Shown here: one piece after another, positions 20,994 to 30,547 of the stretch
Layout: each line of letters starts with the position of its first letter
How positions within the stretch are numbered: the first letter of the stretch is position 1
Assembly (NCBI GenBank): GCA_963762115.1
Contig: CAVXJH010000003.1
Span: 1-64,000, forward strand
Source: Candidatus Babeliales bacterium
GTDB taxonomy: Bacteria; Babelota; Babeliae; Babelales; JANWKD01
Reading direction: 5' to 3'
Length of the DNA: 64,000 bases
The notes under the pieces: generated by a model
What the model was told of the DNA's origin: nothing
The model's database searches: none
The model's input: the letters and a program-made list of their open reading frames with translations, nothing else
Translations under genes and position numbers: made by a program

Positions 20994-22373
20994 TTAATTT
21001 TCTTCTTCACCAGCAAGCCATTCTTCTTCAGGTCTTAATTCTTCTTCTTCTTCACTTTGTGCTTCTAAGAATTTTTCGATAGCTGTTTTAGGAATATATG
21101 CTGAATGAGGTCTTTCTTTTGTAATGTTTTTTAGTCCGCCCAAAACTGCTGCTTGTGTTGAAGCATATTGTGTTGAAGGTTCTTTGCCTATTTCATTAAT
21201 TAATTTTTGATAATATTTTCTTAATGGGGCATTCAAAGTATTTTCAATTTCTTTTTTCTTTGCATTTAACAACTCTAAAATTTTATCCATTTTAACTAGA
21301 GAGCCATTTAAGGGATCTTCAAGTCTTTTTTTTGTATTATCGTGATATTCTTTAGCTTTATTAAGTAAATCTTTTTTTGAATAATCTTTACCAAATTTTG
21401 CTATTTGTTGGCTACTTACTATTTTGCTTGTTGGGATTATAGTTCTTTTAAGGATTTCTTCTGATATGCCTTCAGGCGCTAATTTTTTTATGTAATCATC
21501 GAGTTCTTTTTTGAATCTGCTTATTAAGCCTTTTTTAGGTTCTGATTTTCCTCTGAAGATTTCTACATCATTAATTATTGTGTTGATTAAGTTTAAATCG
21601 GTAATATCTTGGTAGGGTATTGCTAGCACAATATTTTGATCACGATTTTTTGTGGTAATATGATCAAAAAGATTGTTGCTAATTTCAATAATTTTATCGA
21701 TATGTTGTTTATCAGTTTCTTCTTTTGTTGCATAAATTCCTTGACCAGGAAATAAATAATAAGGTGCATTACCTAATTGTTTGATTTTTTTATCATAGTC
21801 TTGCCAATACGGTCTTATTGCTTGCTCTATTTGTTGATTTTTTTCATAATCAGCTTTTATATTTTCGGCTTTTATTAAGTTTATCGAAGCTTTAGAATCC
21901 CATTCTACTTCATTTTTATTATTAAATTGAATACTGTTTTTTGCTTTTTCACCTGGATAATAGATAATTTCATCTTCTGATTTCCTAGAGTTTAAAGCTT
22001 GAATAATTTTATTGAAATCTTGTTCTGTGGGATTTTCTAATCGTGGTCCATAAAGAATAAGATTGTAAAAAGGTGGTTGTGAATTATCAGATGTTAAGCC
22101 AATAAAGAAAAAGGCAAATCCAGATCCTGCATGTGGTGCATAATGTCCTGTTTCATATTTGACAAATTCTGGTGCAGCATCAGAGCGTAAAAATTTTTTT
22201 TGTGAAGGTGTTGTAGCTGGAACCGAAGATTGTTGAAGTTTGTTTGAAAGTGTTTGCAATGAAACAGTAAGATCTCGCAATTTTTTTTGTAATTGCTGCA
22301 TGCCGTGTAAACTAGCTGTTGCAAATGTACTGTACATGATGAATATGAAAAAAAAATTATGTACTTGCTTCAT
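20994..22373 (-). CDS. Secreted hypothetical protein with N-terminal leucine heptad tag and acidic tail
   Basis: 459 aa; AAGGAG RBS; signal peptide ending LHG-MQ. Confidence 0.8.
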   Translation of the reverse strand: MKQVHNFFFIFIMYSTFATASLHGMQQLQKKLRDLTVSLQTLSNKLQQSSVPATTPSQKKFLRSDAAPEFVKYETGHYAPHAGSGFAFFFIGLTSDNSQPPFYNLILYGPRLENPTEQDFNKIIQALNSRKSEDEIIYYPGEKAKNSIQFNNKNEVEWDSKASINLIKAENIKADYEKNQQIEQAIRPYWQDYDKKIKQLGNAPYYLFPGQGIYATKEETDKQHIDKIIEISNNLFDHITTKNRDQNIVLAIPYQDITDLNLINTIINDVEIFRGKSEPKKGLISRFKKELDDYIKKLAPEGISEEILKRTIIPTSKIVSSQQIAKFGKDYSKKDLLNKAKEYHDNTKKRLEDPLNGSLVKMDKILELLNAKKKEIENTLNAPLRKYYQKLINEIGKEPSTQYASTQAAVLGGLKNITKERPHSAYIPKTAIEKFLEAQSEEEEELRPEEEWLAGEEEN

Positions 22374-22449
22374 AAAAACTCCTTATTCCCTTTTTATTAT
22401 TTATTTGCAAACAGCCTAACGTAACTCATTCTTGATGATCAAGAAAATT

Positions 22450-22480
22450 AAAAAAAAGAGGGGAATTTTAAATTCCCCTC
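22450..22480 (-). terminator. Rho-independent terminator
   Basis: GAGGGGAATT/AATTCCCCTC stem followed by a T run on the minus strand. Confidence 0.8.
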
Positions 22481-22491
22481 AAAAACTATCT

Positions 22492-22650
22492 TTAGCGATA
22501 ATCTTCTTTTTCCATTTCAACGCCTGCATATTCTGGGCCTGAAACGCGTTTTTCTTGTACTTCTTCTTGGACGCGTTCAATGTGTGTTGATTTACGGCAA
22601 CCGCTCAAGATACAGATTGAGCATAAAACCATCAAAAATAATTTGTTCAT
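22492..22650 (-). CDS. Small lipoprotein (52 aa), absent from the ORF track
   Basis: Hand translation MNKLFLMVLCSICILSGCRKSTHIERVQEEVQEKRVSGPEYAGVEMEKEDYR*; lipobox LSGC; terminator directly downstream. Confidence 0.75.
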   Translation of the reverse strand: MNKLFLMVLCSICILSGCRKSTHIERVQEEVQEKRVSGPEYAGVEMEKEDYR

Positions 22651-22727
22651 AGCATAACTTTCGTAGTAATGAATTAATCTAATGTTTCCAGTGTAAAAAA
22701 ATATGAGATTTTAACAACTCTTTTTTA

Positions 22728-23897
22728 TTAAATAAGCATGCGAAGATAATTTGCAATAGATAAAATAAAGGCAATGGCAACCGGAGTTTTAACTGGTTTA
22801 AAGCCAAATATCTTGTAAGCAATATTCAAGATCATGAGCACAATTAATACAGGATAACCAATATCGATGATAGGTCCAGAATAGTGCAAAATAGTTGATA
22901 AACCAAAGTTGGAAATAACACCGGTTGCTACCAAAGCGATAATGAGTGCAACTAGATATGAAATCTTATTATTGCATACAATTTTTTGTAAAAATTCTGC
23001 AAAAACAACAGCAAGAGCAATAATAGTTGAATAGCAGGCCATTAAAACAGCGATTGCAATAATGATTGCACCATATTCACCTAACACTCTAAATGAAATT
23101 GCACTGAAAAGTTCACCCTCATTGAGATGTGCTAATCCTTGTCCATGAAAAACACCTAGATAGCTCATACCAATATAAATAAGAGCAAGTAAACTAACGC
23201 CGATAGTGCCTGATTTGAGACCAAGAATAGCAAGCTTGTGTAATGAACTTTCATTATTATGAGGCATTGTTCTTTTCAGCAATGTTAATACTATTGATGA
23301 AAAGAAAATCGCACCAAGTAAATCAAGTGTTTTATAACCAATAATCAAACTATCCATAAATAATTGAGGACCAGTTTCTGTTGCAGTTGTTGCTGTGCCA
23401 GGAAAAAATAATCCTTTGCCAATAATAATAACAAGTGAAACAAGCAATGCAGGACTGATATAATTACCCAGTAAGTTGATAATTTTACTTTCTTTATAAG
23501 TACCTAGAAAAGTGAGTATTAAAAAAATGATACTAAAAATAATAAGAGAAATATTATTCAAAAATGGTGCTGTCATGATATGTGATAAGGTAACAATGCG
23601 AGACATGCCAACAAATGGTCCAATGATGAGCATGCAATATAATAAAAGAAGTGAACCGGGAATGGTGCCAATGCGATTAAAAAATGCTTTATAATCACCA
23701 TTAAAGAGAATGATCGCAATTAAGCCAAGAAGTGGCAAAATAACGCCAGTGATGATAAAACCACTGATGCCCCAAAGGTTTTGATCACCTGATAAAAGAC
23801 CAACACGCAAGGGAAAAATCAAATTGCCTGCACCAAAAAACATAGAAAATATTGCCAAACCGGTTGTTAGTGTTTGTGATTGGAAAAAACGTTTCAT
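22728..23897 (-). CDS. brnQ: Branched-chain amino acid transport system II carrier
   Basis: GLAIFSMFFGAGNLIFP, GYKTLDLLGAIFF, ACYSTIIAL; multi-pass membrane protein. Confidence 0.92.
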   Translation of the reverse strand: MKRFFQSQTLTTGLAIFSMFFGAGNLIFPLRVGLLSGDQNLWGISGFIITGVILPLLGLIAIILFNGDYKAFFNRIGTIPGSLLLLYCMLIIGPFVGMSRIVTLSHIMTAPFLNNISLIIFSIIFLILTFLGTYKESKIINLLGNYISPALLVSLVIIIGKGLFFPGTATTATETGPQLFMDSLIIGYKTLDLLGAIFFSSIVLTLLKRTMPHNNESSLHKLAILGLKSGTIGVSLLALIYIGMSYLGVFHGQGLAHLNEGELFSAISFRVLGEYGAIIIAIAVLMACYSTIIALAVVFAEFLQKIVCNNKISYLVALIIALVATGVISNFGLSTILHYSGPIIDIGYPVLIVLMILNIAYKIFGFKPVKTPVAIAFILSIANYLRMLI

Positions 23898-24016
23898 ATA
23901 AATCCTTAAAAAAAAATCAAATAATATACTATGAGTATAGCAAACATACTCTTATAGAATCTATTGTTTACAAAATAGAAATACGATACATGGGTAGTGA
24001 TTAATATATTCAGCCC

Positions 24017-24166
24017 TTAGGCTGTAATAATTGATATAGGGGAGACCCCAATAGTGCACATAGAAGATAAACATAATGCGCATGACATGAAAGCAGCGGA
24101 TACTTTGTCAGCGTTATGATGTGTAAGGTTATAAGAATAAAAATAGGTTGTTGAATGCCTATTCAT
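24017..24166 (-). CDS. Candidate 49-aa leader ORF upstream of brnQ
   Basis: AAGGAGA RBS then MNRHSTTYFY...MCTIGVSPISIITA*; a promoter-like element lies upstream. Confidence 0.4.
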   Translation of the reverse strand: MNRHSTTYFYSYNLTHHNADKVSAAFMSCALCLSSMCTIGVSPISIITA

Positions 24167-24234
24167 TGAATCTCCTTGTGCGGTAATGCTTTTAAATACG
24201 AAATAAGAACAGCATTATTAATTCTTGATGTTTC

Positions 24235-24263
24235 AGTATAAAAAATTCTTGTGTAGTTTGCAA
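24235..24263 (-). promoter_or_regulatory. Sigma70-type promoter for the brnQ leader
   Basis: Minus strand TTGCAA-17nt-TATACT. Confidence 0.5.
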
Positions 24264-24333
24264 CTATGAAGAGCATTGATTTGTTATGGATACATGATAA
24301 TGTTCTGTATATGGGCAAAATGATCAACTGTTT

Positions 24334-24783
24334 TTAATGATCGGTAGATTTGGGCAATGCTTGTTCATTAACTTTATCTTGAATAAATTGTGTAACTCGA
24401 AGCATATTTTCAATAGTGTCATTAATACGTTGCTCTTGATGATTTTGCAATGGTAATGGTGTGCTTCGCGCTAAATCAATATTTTTCTTTGTATTAATGC
24501 ATTGTAGCACTTGTCTCCATTTGCGCTTTTCACAATCATTACTTTGTTTGATAGCTGCTTGTTGATCTATCTTGGCTTGTAGCGGGTAATATGAACTATT
24601 ATTTCTTGGTTTATAAGTGTTTACTTCATGTGGGCATTTAAAATCATCTTCATATTCATCACAATCAACTTCATCTCCTGAAAAATAATCTTCAGAATCA
24701 TTATTACTTTCTTCCATTGCATTAATTCCTGTGGAAATAAATAACAAGGCGGCAAGTAAGATATAATATTTGTTGTTTTTCAT
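24334..24783 (-). CDS. Secreted hypothetical protein with acidic N-terminus
   Basis: 149 aa; GGAG RBS; signal peptide ending INA-MEE. Confidence 0.75.
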   Translation of the reverse strand: MKNNKYYILLAALLFISTGINAMEESNNDSEDYFSGDEVDCDEYEDDFKCPHEVNTYKPRNNSSYYPLQAKIDQQAAIKQSNDCEKRKWRQVLQCINTKKNIDLARSTPLPLQNHQEQRINDTIENMLRVTQFIQDKVNEQALPKSTDH

Positions 24784-24949
24784 AAAGACTCCAATTTGGT
24801 TAAATTTTAAATCTGTTTTTAGGTAAGCCTATTTAATTAGTATTATCCTATTAGTATATAAAAATTGAAGCGTATATCAATCGCATTGGAGTAATATATA
24901 GGGTAAAGGCATAAAAACGTATGGTTAAAAGGGTTTTATAGGTTTTTGC

Positions 24950-25141
24950 TTTCAAGTAGAATCGATTAATGCTATAAAATATGCCTCTTAATAGTATTAT
25001 TCTCTGTATTTATTATACTATAGAATAATACTATTAAAACGCATATAAATACTATAGAGGGAATATTGTGAATTTAGGGAAAAAAATAACAGTATCATTT
25101 TTTGTTGTATTATTATGCGCAATTTCTATGCATGCAATGGA
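24950..25141 (+). repeat. Promoter+RBS+signal-peptide cassette, copy 1
   Basis: About 80% identical by hand alignment to 35521-35713; similarity ends at GCAATGGA. Confidence 0.9.
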
Positions 25142-27203
25142 GCAACAAGAAAGTCGAGAATATGATTTGTTCAATAGTAAAGAGTCTGAATTAACAAAAG
25201 AATTTGTTCAAAGAAGTACAGATCAAGATGTTATTGTTGCTTTGAGTGATATGTTGGATGAAAAAATTAATGCAACATTACTTAAAGAACCACAGACCCT
25301 TCTTGATGGAATTGTTCAACTGAATCAATTATTGGGTAATTTTGAAGTTAATTTAAAAGGGAGTGATTCTTCATTATTAAGTAATGGTTTGTTGATCAAT
25401 GGCTGTGAAATACCATCATGTCCCTTATTTGTCTTTTGGATGCAAGAGGCATTGAAATTAGTTTTTGAAAATAATAAAAAAGTGAAAAGTCTTATTGCAT
25501 TTGTTGTAGAAAAATTGGCAATGAACGTTACTAAAAGTAACAAAGAAAAGTGTATACAATTATTGAACAATTATTTACCAACAGTTGCTTTGCCGCATAT
25601 AATGAGAAAATTAGAGCCAACGTATGCTTGGTCTGAGTTAACAAATAAATCGGAAGGTACCAATGAAGATATCATTATAAGTTTTAAAAAACTTATAAAC
25701 AAAAATATTAACACAATTCATCTTGAAGCGCCAAAAGGTCTTTTGGATGCTGTTGTACAGCTTAATCAGTTGTTTCGTAATCTTGAAATAAACTTGAACG
25801 AAAGTACTTTTTCGTTTCTTAGTAATGATTTATTAATAAATGGTCATGAAATCCCATCACACTCATCATCGTCTTTTTGGATTCAAGAGGCGCTTCGGCG
25901 TGTTCTTGAAAACAATAAAAAAGTAGAAAAACTTGTTGATTTTGTAATAGAAAGAATAGCGAAAAATGTTACAAGAGATAATCAAAAAAAATGTTTAGAA
26001 CTCGTTAGTAATAAGTTGCCGAGGGTAGTTGCAAAACATGTTGCAAATCGGCTTGCTCATACATATGGTTGGTATAATACAAAAGGATTACATCAAGATT
26101 GGAGAACATCTTCAACTAAGATTAGAAATCTTTTCCCCCTTGATTCTGCAAGGATTGCAGTAAAATTAGGTTTTGGTGACATTAAGATTTTTAATCTTAA
26201 AATAAGAGATTATTTAAAAAACAGAATATTAATGTTTAATAATACCATTTCTTCTTGGGCTTATAACAATAAAAATGTCATTGCAATTGGATTTAGCAAT
26301 GGACGTATAATAACATGGAATATTGATACAGATAAGCGTTTATATTTAGAGGGTGGCGATAAGACAATTATTAATCTTAATTTTTTAGATGATACTACTT
26401 TGGCATCAGGATATAAAAATTGTTTGGTCAAATTTTGGAATGCTTCCACCGGTGATTATTTAAGAACATTTGATCAGGATAGTTTTAATGCAGCGTCAAA
26501 AAGTCAATTTTTCAAATTTTATAAAAACAGTATGCAAAATGTAAGTGCTTTACAACAACTTTATTGGAATAGATTGCTAAGAAGCGATAATAATAATCAA
26601 AAAATGTTTATTTTAAATGATACACAATTTCTTTTTATAAATGATGATTTGTTAGAAATGGGTCTAATGGATCTAAGGACAGTGAAGCAATTGAGTGATT
26701 TAGAGCAAGAAAATGCTAAAAAGTTAACATCATATAAAGGTCACACAGGTAAAATTACTGATATAGCTATGTTAGATGGTTCAACTTTTGCTTCAGCATC
26801 TGAAGATAAAACAATAAAAATATGGGATCTTCAATCAGGAAAATGTAAAAAAACACTTAAGGGTCATCGTAATGAGGTAAGGGCACTTAAAGCAGTAAAT
26901 AGTACAATGCTGGTATCCTCATCATTCCATCGCTTTTCGGCTGTTTCTTTAGATCCTGCAGAGCAGTCAGTAAAAGTATGGAATGTTAATACAGGAAATT
27001 GTTTGCAGACCTTTGACGATTTTAAACAAATGTTAGGAAATATAACTCTTACTGATGATGTGTTAGTAGCTCATAATGGCAATGAAGTGAGAATTATCGA
27101 TATGCCGACTTTTGAACAAACAATTAATTTTTTGGCCAACCGGAATTCAAATAAAAAAGCATCTCAAGAAATAGGAATAAAACAAAGTTGTACAATTGGA
27201 TGA
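25068..27203 (+). CDS. Secreted WD40-repeat protein with duplicated 147-aa N-terminal domain and CaaX-like end (CTIG)
   Basis: Signal peptide ending MHA-ME; GHTGKITDIAML..FASASEDKTIKIWD and GHRNEVRAL..VKVWN canonical WD repeats. Confidence 0.88.
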   Translation: MNLGKKITVSFFVVLLCAISMHAMEQQESREYDLFNSKESELTKEFVQRSTDQDVIVALSDMLDEKINATLLKEPQTLLDGIVQLNQLLGNFEVNLKGSDSSLLSNGLLINGCEIPSCPLFVFWMQEALKLVFENNKKVKSLIAFVVEKLAMNVTKSNKEKCIQLLNNYLPTVALPHIMRKLEPTYAWSELTNKSEGTNEDIIISFKKLINKNINTIHLEAPKGLLDAVVQLNQLFRNLEINLNESTFSFLSNDLLINGHEIPSHSSSSFWIQEALRRVLENNKKVEKLVDFVIERIAKNVTRDNQKKCLELVSNKLPRVVAKHVANRLAHTYGWYNTKGLHQDWRTSSTKIRNLFPLDSARIAVKLGFGDIKIFNLKIRDYLKNRILMFNNTISSWAYNNKNVIAIGFSNGRIITWNIDTDKRLYLEGGDKTIINLNFLDDTTLASGYKNCLVKFWNASTGDYLRTFDQDSFNAASKSQFFKFYKNSMQNVSALQQLYWNRLLRSDNNNQKMFILNDTQFLFINDDLLEMGLMDLRTVKQLSDLEQENAKKLTSYKGHTGKITDIAMLDGSTFASASEDKTIKIWDLQSGKCKKTLKGHRNEVRALKAVNSTMLVSSSFHRFSAVSLDPAEQSVKVWNVNTGNCLQTFDDFKQMLGNITLTDDVLVAHNGNEVRIIDMPTFEQTINFLANRNSNKKASQEIGIKQSCTIG

Positions 27204-27321
27204 TTGGTAAAAAAAATGCCATTCAAAAAAATCAGTTGAAAAATATGAAAGTGTATTTAAAGAAACAACAAAAGAAGAATAAGAAATGATTCTATGCTCG
27301 TCTTTAATCGATAGGAAATTT

Positions 27322-28038
27322 ATGAAAAAATATTTTTTATATACCATGTTATTATCTTTATATCATTATGAATATATCTTTCCCAGGGTAATCATACTAG
27401 ATGAACTAGAAGAATTACACTCTGAGAATACAGAAAAAAAAGCAAGAAATATATTACAAAACACACCTAATGATGTTCTTATTAAGCGTTTAAAAGATTA
27501 CTTTCAGCATTTATCAGAAAAAATGAAACGTCATGAAGATAATGCGCAAAAGAGCGAAGTATTCAAAAATAAAAAGTTATTAACATTTATTGAAATTCTT
27601 GAATATTCAGATATTTTGGTTCAAAAAAACATTCTTGAAGAGGTACTCGATATTTTTTTTCATGAAACATCGGCAAATCCTGATTCCATTTTACCCGTAT
27701 GTAGGCAGGAATATTATTATCGTTTTGGTTGTAATCTTTCTTTATTACAATTAGCTCATTTTGATGCAACTGTTAAAGCTATTAACAGAAAGAAAGGGAA
27801 TGAAGTATTTCAGAGTCTTTTAAGACGGGGAGGAAACCCTTATTTTAAAACAACATTTAAGGATAGAAGCGCCTCAGTGTTTGATGATAATCAAGAACTT
27901 TGCCATCATTATTGTGAAATTAAAAAACACTCCGATGGATCTGATCAGTTTAGGTCATATAAGAGTTCAATGCGTACATTGAATTGTCAAAATGTAAGAG
28001 CTCAAAGAGAACTATTTGAAAAGCATACATGCAAGTAA
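27322..28038 (+). CDS. Hypothetical protein, possible degenerate ankyrin repeat
   Basis: Likely start MKKYFLY at 27322; SLLQLA...EVFQSLLRRGGNPY. Confidence 0.6.
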   Translation: MKKYFLYTMLLSLYHYEYIFPRVIILDELEELHSENTEKKARNILQNTPNDVLIKRLKDYFQHLSEKMKRHEDNAQKSEVFKNKKLLTFIEILEYSDILVQKNILEEVLDIFFHETSANPDSILPVCRQEYYYRFGCNLSLLQLAHFDATVKAINRKKGNEVFQSLLRRGGNPYFKTTFKDRSASVFDDNQELCHHYCEIKKHSDGSDQFRSYKSSMRTLNCQNVRAQRELFEKHTCK

Positions 28039-28069
28039 AAAAAGTAACTAAAGAAATAGAAGGGGAGTC

Positions 28070-28648
28070 GTGATAATTGGTGTTGATGGTAAAAAGCGTT
28101 GCTTTGGTGGTCAGCCAGGCAAAGAATTGCTGGGAAATTATCATGATACAGCGTGGGGTATTCCGGTACATGACGACCATCATTTGTTTGAGATGCTTAT
28201 TCTTGAAGGTGCACAAGCAGGCCTTAACTGGGAAACTATTCTTAAAAGGCAAGATGGCTATCGAAAAGCATTTTATAATTTTGATCCTCATAAGGTTGCA
28301 ATAATGAGTGATAATGAGTTGGATTCTTTGCGTAATAATGAAGGCATTATTCGTAATCGTTTAAAAATTTATGCAACACGCCGAAATGCGCAAGTATTTT
28401 TAAAAATTCAACAAGAATTCGGGTCCTTTGATCGCTATATTTGGAATTTTATTGATAATAAATCAGTTATAGGGCATTGGAAGCGAATTGAAGATATTCC
28501 TTCTACTACCTCAACAAGTGATATTATTTCAAAAGAACTAAAAAAACACGGCATGACTTTTGTCGGTTCTACAATTATATATGCTTACATGCAAGCAATT
28601 GGTATGGTAAATGATCATACTATTGAATGTTGGTGTTATGGTTTATGA
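28070..28648 (+). CDS. tag: DNA-3-methyladenine glycosylase I
   Basis: YHDTAWGIP, LFEMLILEGAQAGLNWETIL, IIRNRLKI, FVGSTIIYAYMQAIGMVNDH. Confidence 0.95.
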   Translation: MIIGVDGKKRCFGGQPGKELLGNYHDTAWGIPVHDDHHLFEMLILEGAQAGLNWETILKRQDGYRKAFYNFDPHKVAIMSDNELDSLRNNEGIIRNRLKIYATRRNAQVFLKIQQEFGSFDRYIWNFIDNKSVIGHWKRIEDIPSTTSTSDIISKELKKHGMTFVGSTIIYAYMQAIGMVNDHTIECWCYGL

Positions 28649-28659
28649 AATGTGTTTGA

Positions 28660-29595
28660 TTAACTCATATTTCTTGCAATAAAAGGTAATATCTTTTGTA
28701 AATCACCTTTAATAAATATATCGTTATCAGATAAATATTTTGGTTTTTTTAAATCAATGGCAATGATTGTTCCTTGGGGATTATTTTCTTTATATTTTGC
28801 CAGAAAGCCTCGGTCATCATGACTTAGGCCGACACAGATAATATAATCAATAGCAAGATAATCTTCTTTTTTGAGTGAATGTAGTGTTTCTGAATAAGCA
28901 AAAATGGGCAAAACACCGGTTCTTTGCTGCAATAAATCTACATTTTCGGTTACAATTGCTGAATTTTTGTTATGAGCGATATCCTTTAATGCATAATGAG
29001 CATCAGTTGGTGAAGATTGGATTGCTGTTTTACAAAACTCAGAAAAAGCATGGGTAATTTTTTCTGGATTTTTCCATGCATTCTTTAAAAAATGCTTTAA
29101 CCCTTTTTTTAGTTCTAAAGATTCTATTAATTCATTCATGGTTGCAACATTTCCTGAAGCAGAAAGTCCGGCGCCGGTATAAAAAATAATTTTTTTAGTT
29201 TTTACTATCTCGAGTAACTGTTCTTGGGTAATTTTTTGTGGACGTGCCTTAGTATGAATTAAAGGATCAGATAAATAGTAGGCTGGAAAGCCGCCTTTAA
29301 AAAGTTGTTTTAATTCATCAAGATCATATAAATAGCTATAGTTATGTGAATATAACGGGATTTTTAACACTTTTATCGCAAAGCCGGCTTTTTGGTTACA
29401 ATAACAAAATGTTATATCCAAAAGGCTTTTTTTTGAAAAAGTAAAACTTGTTTGCCAATTTTTTTCTAGTGCTTTAATTTCTTCATCGGAAATTATTTTA
29501 GGTTTTTCCAAAAGCACATTGGCAAGAAGTGAAGACATTGAAAAAAAAGTAATAAGAAATAGATAATAAATTTTTTTGTGTAATATAATCAGCAT
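28660..29595 (-). CDS. Sir2/sirtuin-like protein with N-terminal signal peptide
   Basis: IFYTGAGLSASG, PTDAHYAL, VTENVDLLQQRTG, IICVGLS; no CxxC zinc subdomain. Confidence 0.8.
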   Translation of the reverse strand: MLIILHKKIYYLFLITFFSMSSLLANVLLEKPKIISDEEIKALEKNWQTSFTFSKKSLLDITFCYCNQKAGFAIKVLKIPLYSHNYSYLYDLDELKQLFKGGFPAYYLSDPLIHTKARPQKITQEQLLEIVKTKKIIFYTGAGLSASGNVATMNELIESLELKKGLKHFLKNAWKNPEKITHAFSEFCKTAIQSSPTDAHYALKDIAHNKNSAIVTENVDLLQQRTGVLPIFAYSETLHSLKKEDYLAIDYIICVGLSHDDRGFLAKYKENNPQGTIIAIDLKKPKYLSDNDIFIKGDLQKILPFIARNMS

Positions 29596-29610
29596 AGGTA
29601 AATCTTTATG

Positions 29611-30513
29611 TTATTTAAACTGTAGAATTAAATTATAATATTTTAAATTTTCTTTATATGCTTCAATACAAATATTTCGATGCTCAAGATTTTCAATCTC
29701 AGAAAAAGTTGGATTATCATTTTGATCTGTTTCATATTCAGATGGTTTGCTAAAACCATTACTTCTAATTGCATCGTTATGCCAATGTTGGGTTGCATCA
29801 CTTTTTTTAAGTTCATGCCATTCACTTTGCCCAGAAAAATTATCACCTAAATCTTGCCAAGTAAGAGCATCTTGTATGAAGGGAATATGGCAATCATCGC
29901 AAAATTTTTTAACTGTTTCTTCTGGATTGGTATAAAGTTCTTCGCTTAGTATAATAGTTATTGGCTTAGTGGAATTTTGCTTTATTCCATAAATAATCTC
30001 ATATAAAGATTTATAGCCAATAACATCGCTAAAAGTATAGTGAGCGTTGTCAGATTCAAATATCTCAAAATTTTGTTGTATTTTTTTATAAAATGAGATC
30101 ACTGCATGATGTGGATTTCGAATTAGAAAAACAAAATAAACATGGGGATTTTTGATAAATTCAGAATCGTTTAAAAGAAAATCTTGAACAGCAAAACTTA
30201 TTTCTTTGACAAAGATTGAAGCGTGTTGTGCATTTTCAAATATATTTTTTTTAACCTCTTCAAAAGTTTTGTAAGCATTTTCATTGAACCAGTCGTTAAC
30301 CGTTTCGGGAGAATTAATGAGATTAAATGCATATTGAGAAGGTTCATTCATAATAAGAAAATCACCGCGAGCTTGCATCATTCGCATAAAAGCAACCGAT
30401 AAAGATCGTGGCGGTGAAATGAAATATATAATTTTGTTGTGTGCGCATACGGATGAAAAAATAAAAGATATAAAAAATAAGAGTAAAATTCTTCTGTAAA
30501 TGAAGTTTTTCAT
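29611..30513 (-). CDS. Sulfotransferase-like P-loop protein with signal peptide
   Basis: Likely start MKNFIYRR; SPPRSLSVAFMRMM, NEP, FLIRNPHHAVISF, WHNDAIRSNGF. Confidence 0.75.
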   Translation of the reverse strand: MKNFIYRRILLLFFISFIFSSVCAHNKIIYFISPPRSLSVAFMRMMQARGDFLIMNEPSQYAFNLINSPETVNDWFNENAYKTFEEVKKNIFENAQHASIFVKEISFAVQDFLLNDSEFIKNPHVYFVFLIRNPHHAVISFYKKIQQNFEIFESDNAHYTFSDVIGYKSLYEIIYGIKQNSTKPITIILSEELYTNPEETVKKFCDDCHIPFIQDALTWQDLGDNFSGQSEWHELKKSDATQHWHNDAIRSNGFSKPSEYETDQNDNPTFSEIENLEHRNICIEAYKENLKYYNLILQFK

Positions 30514-30547
30514 TGTTTCTCTCATAGTAAAATAAAATGTGACAAAT

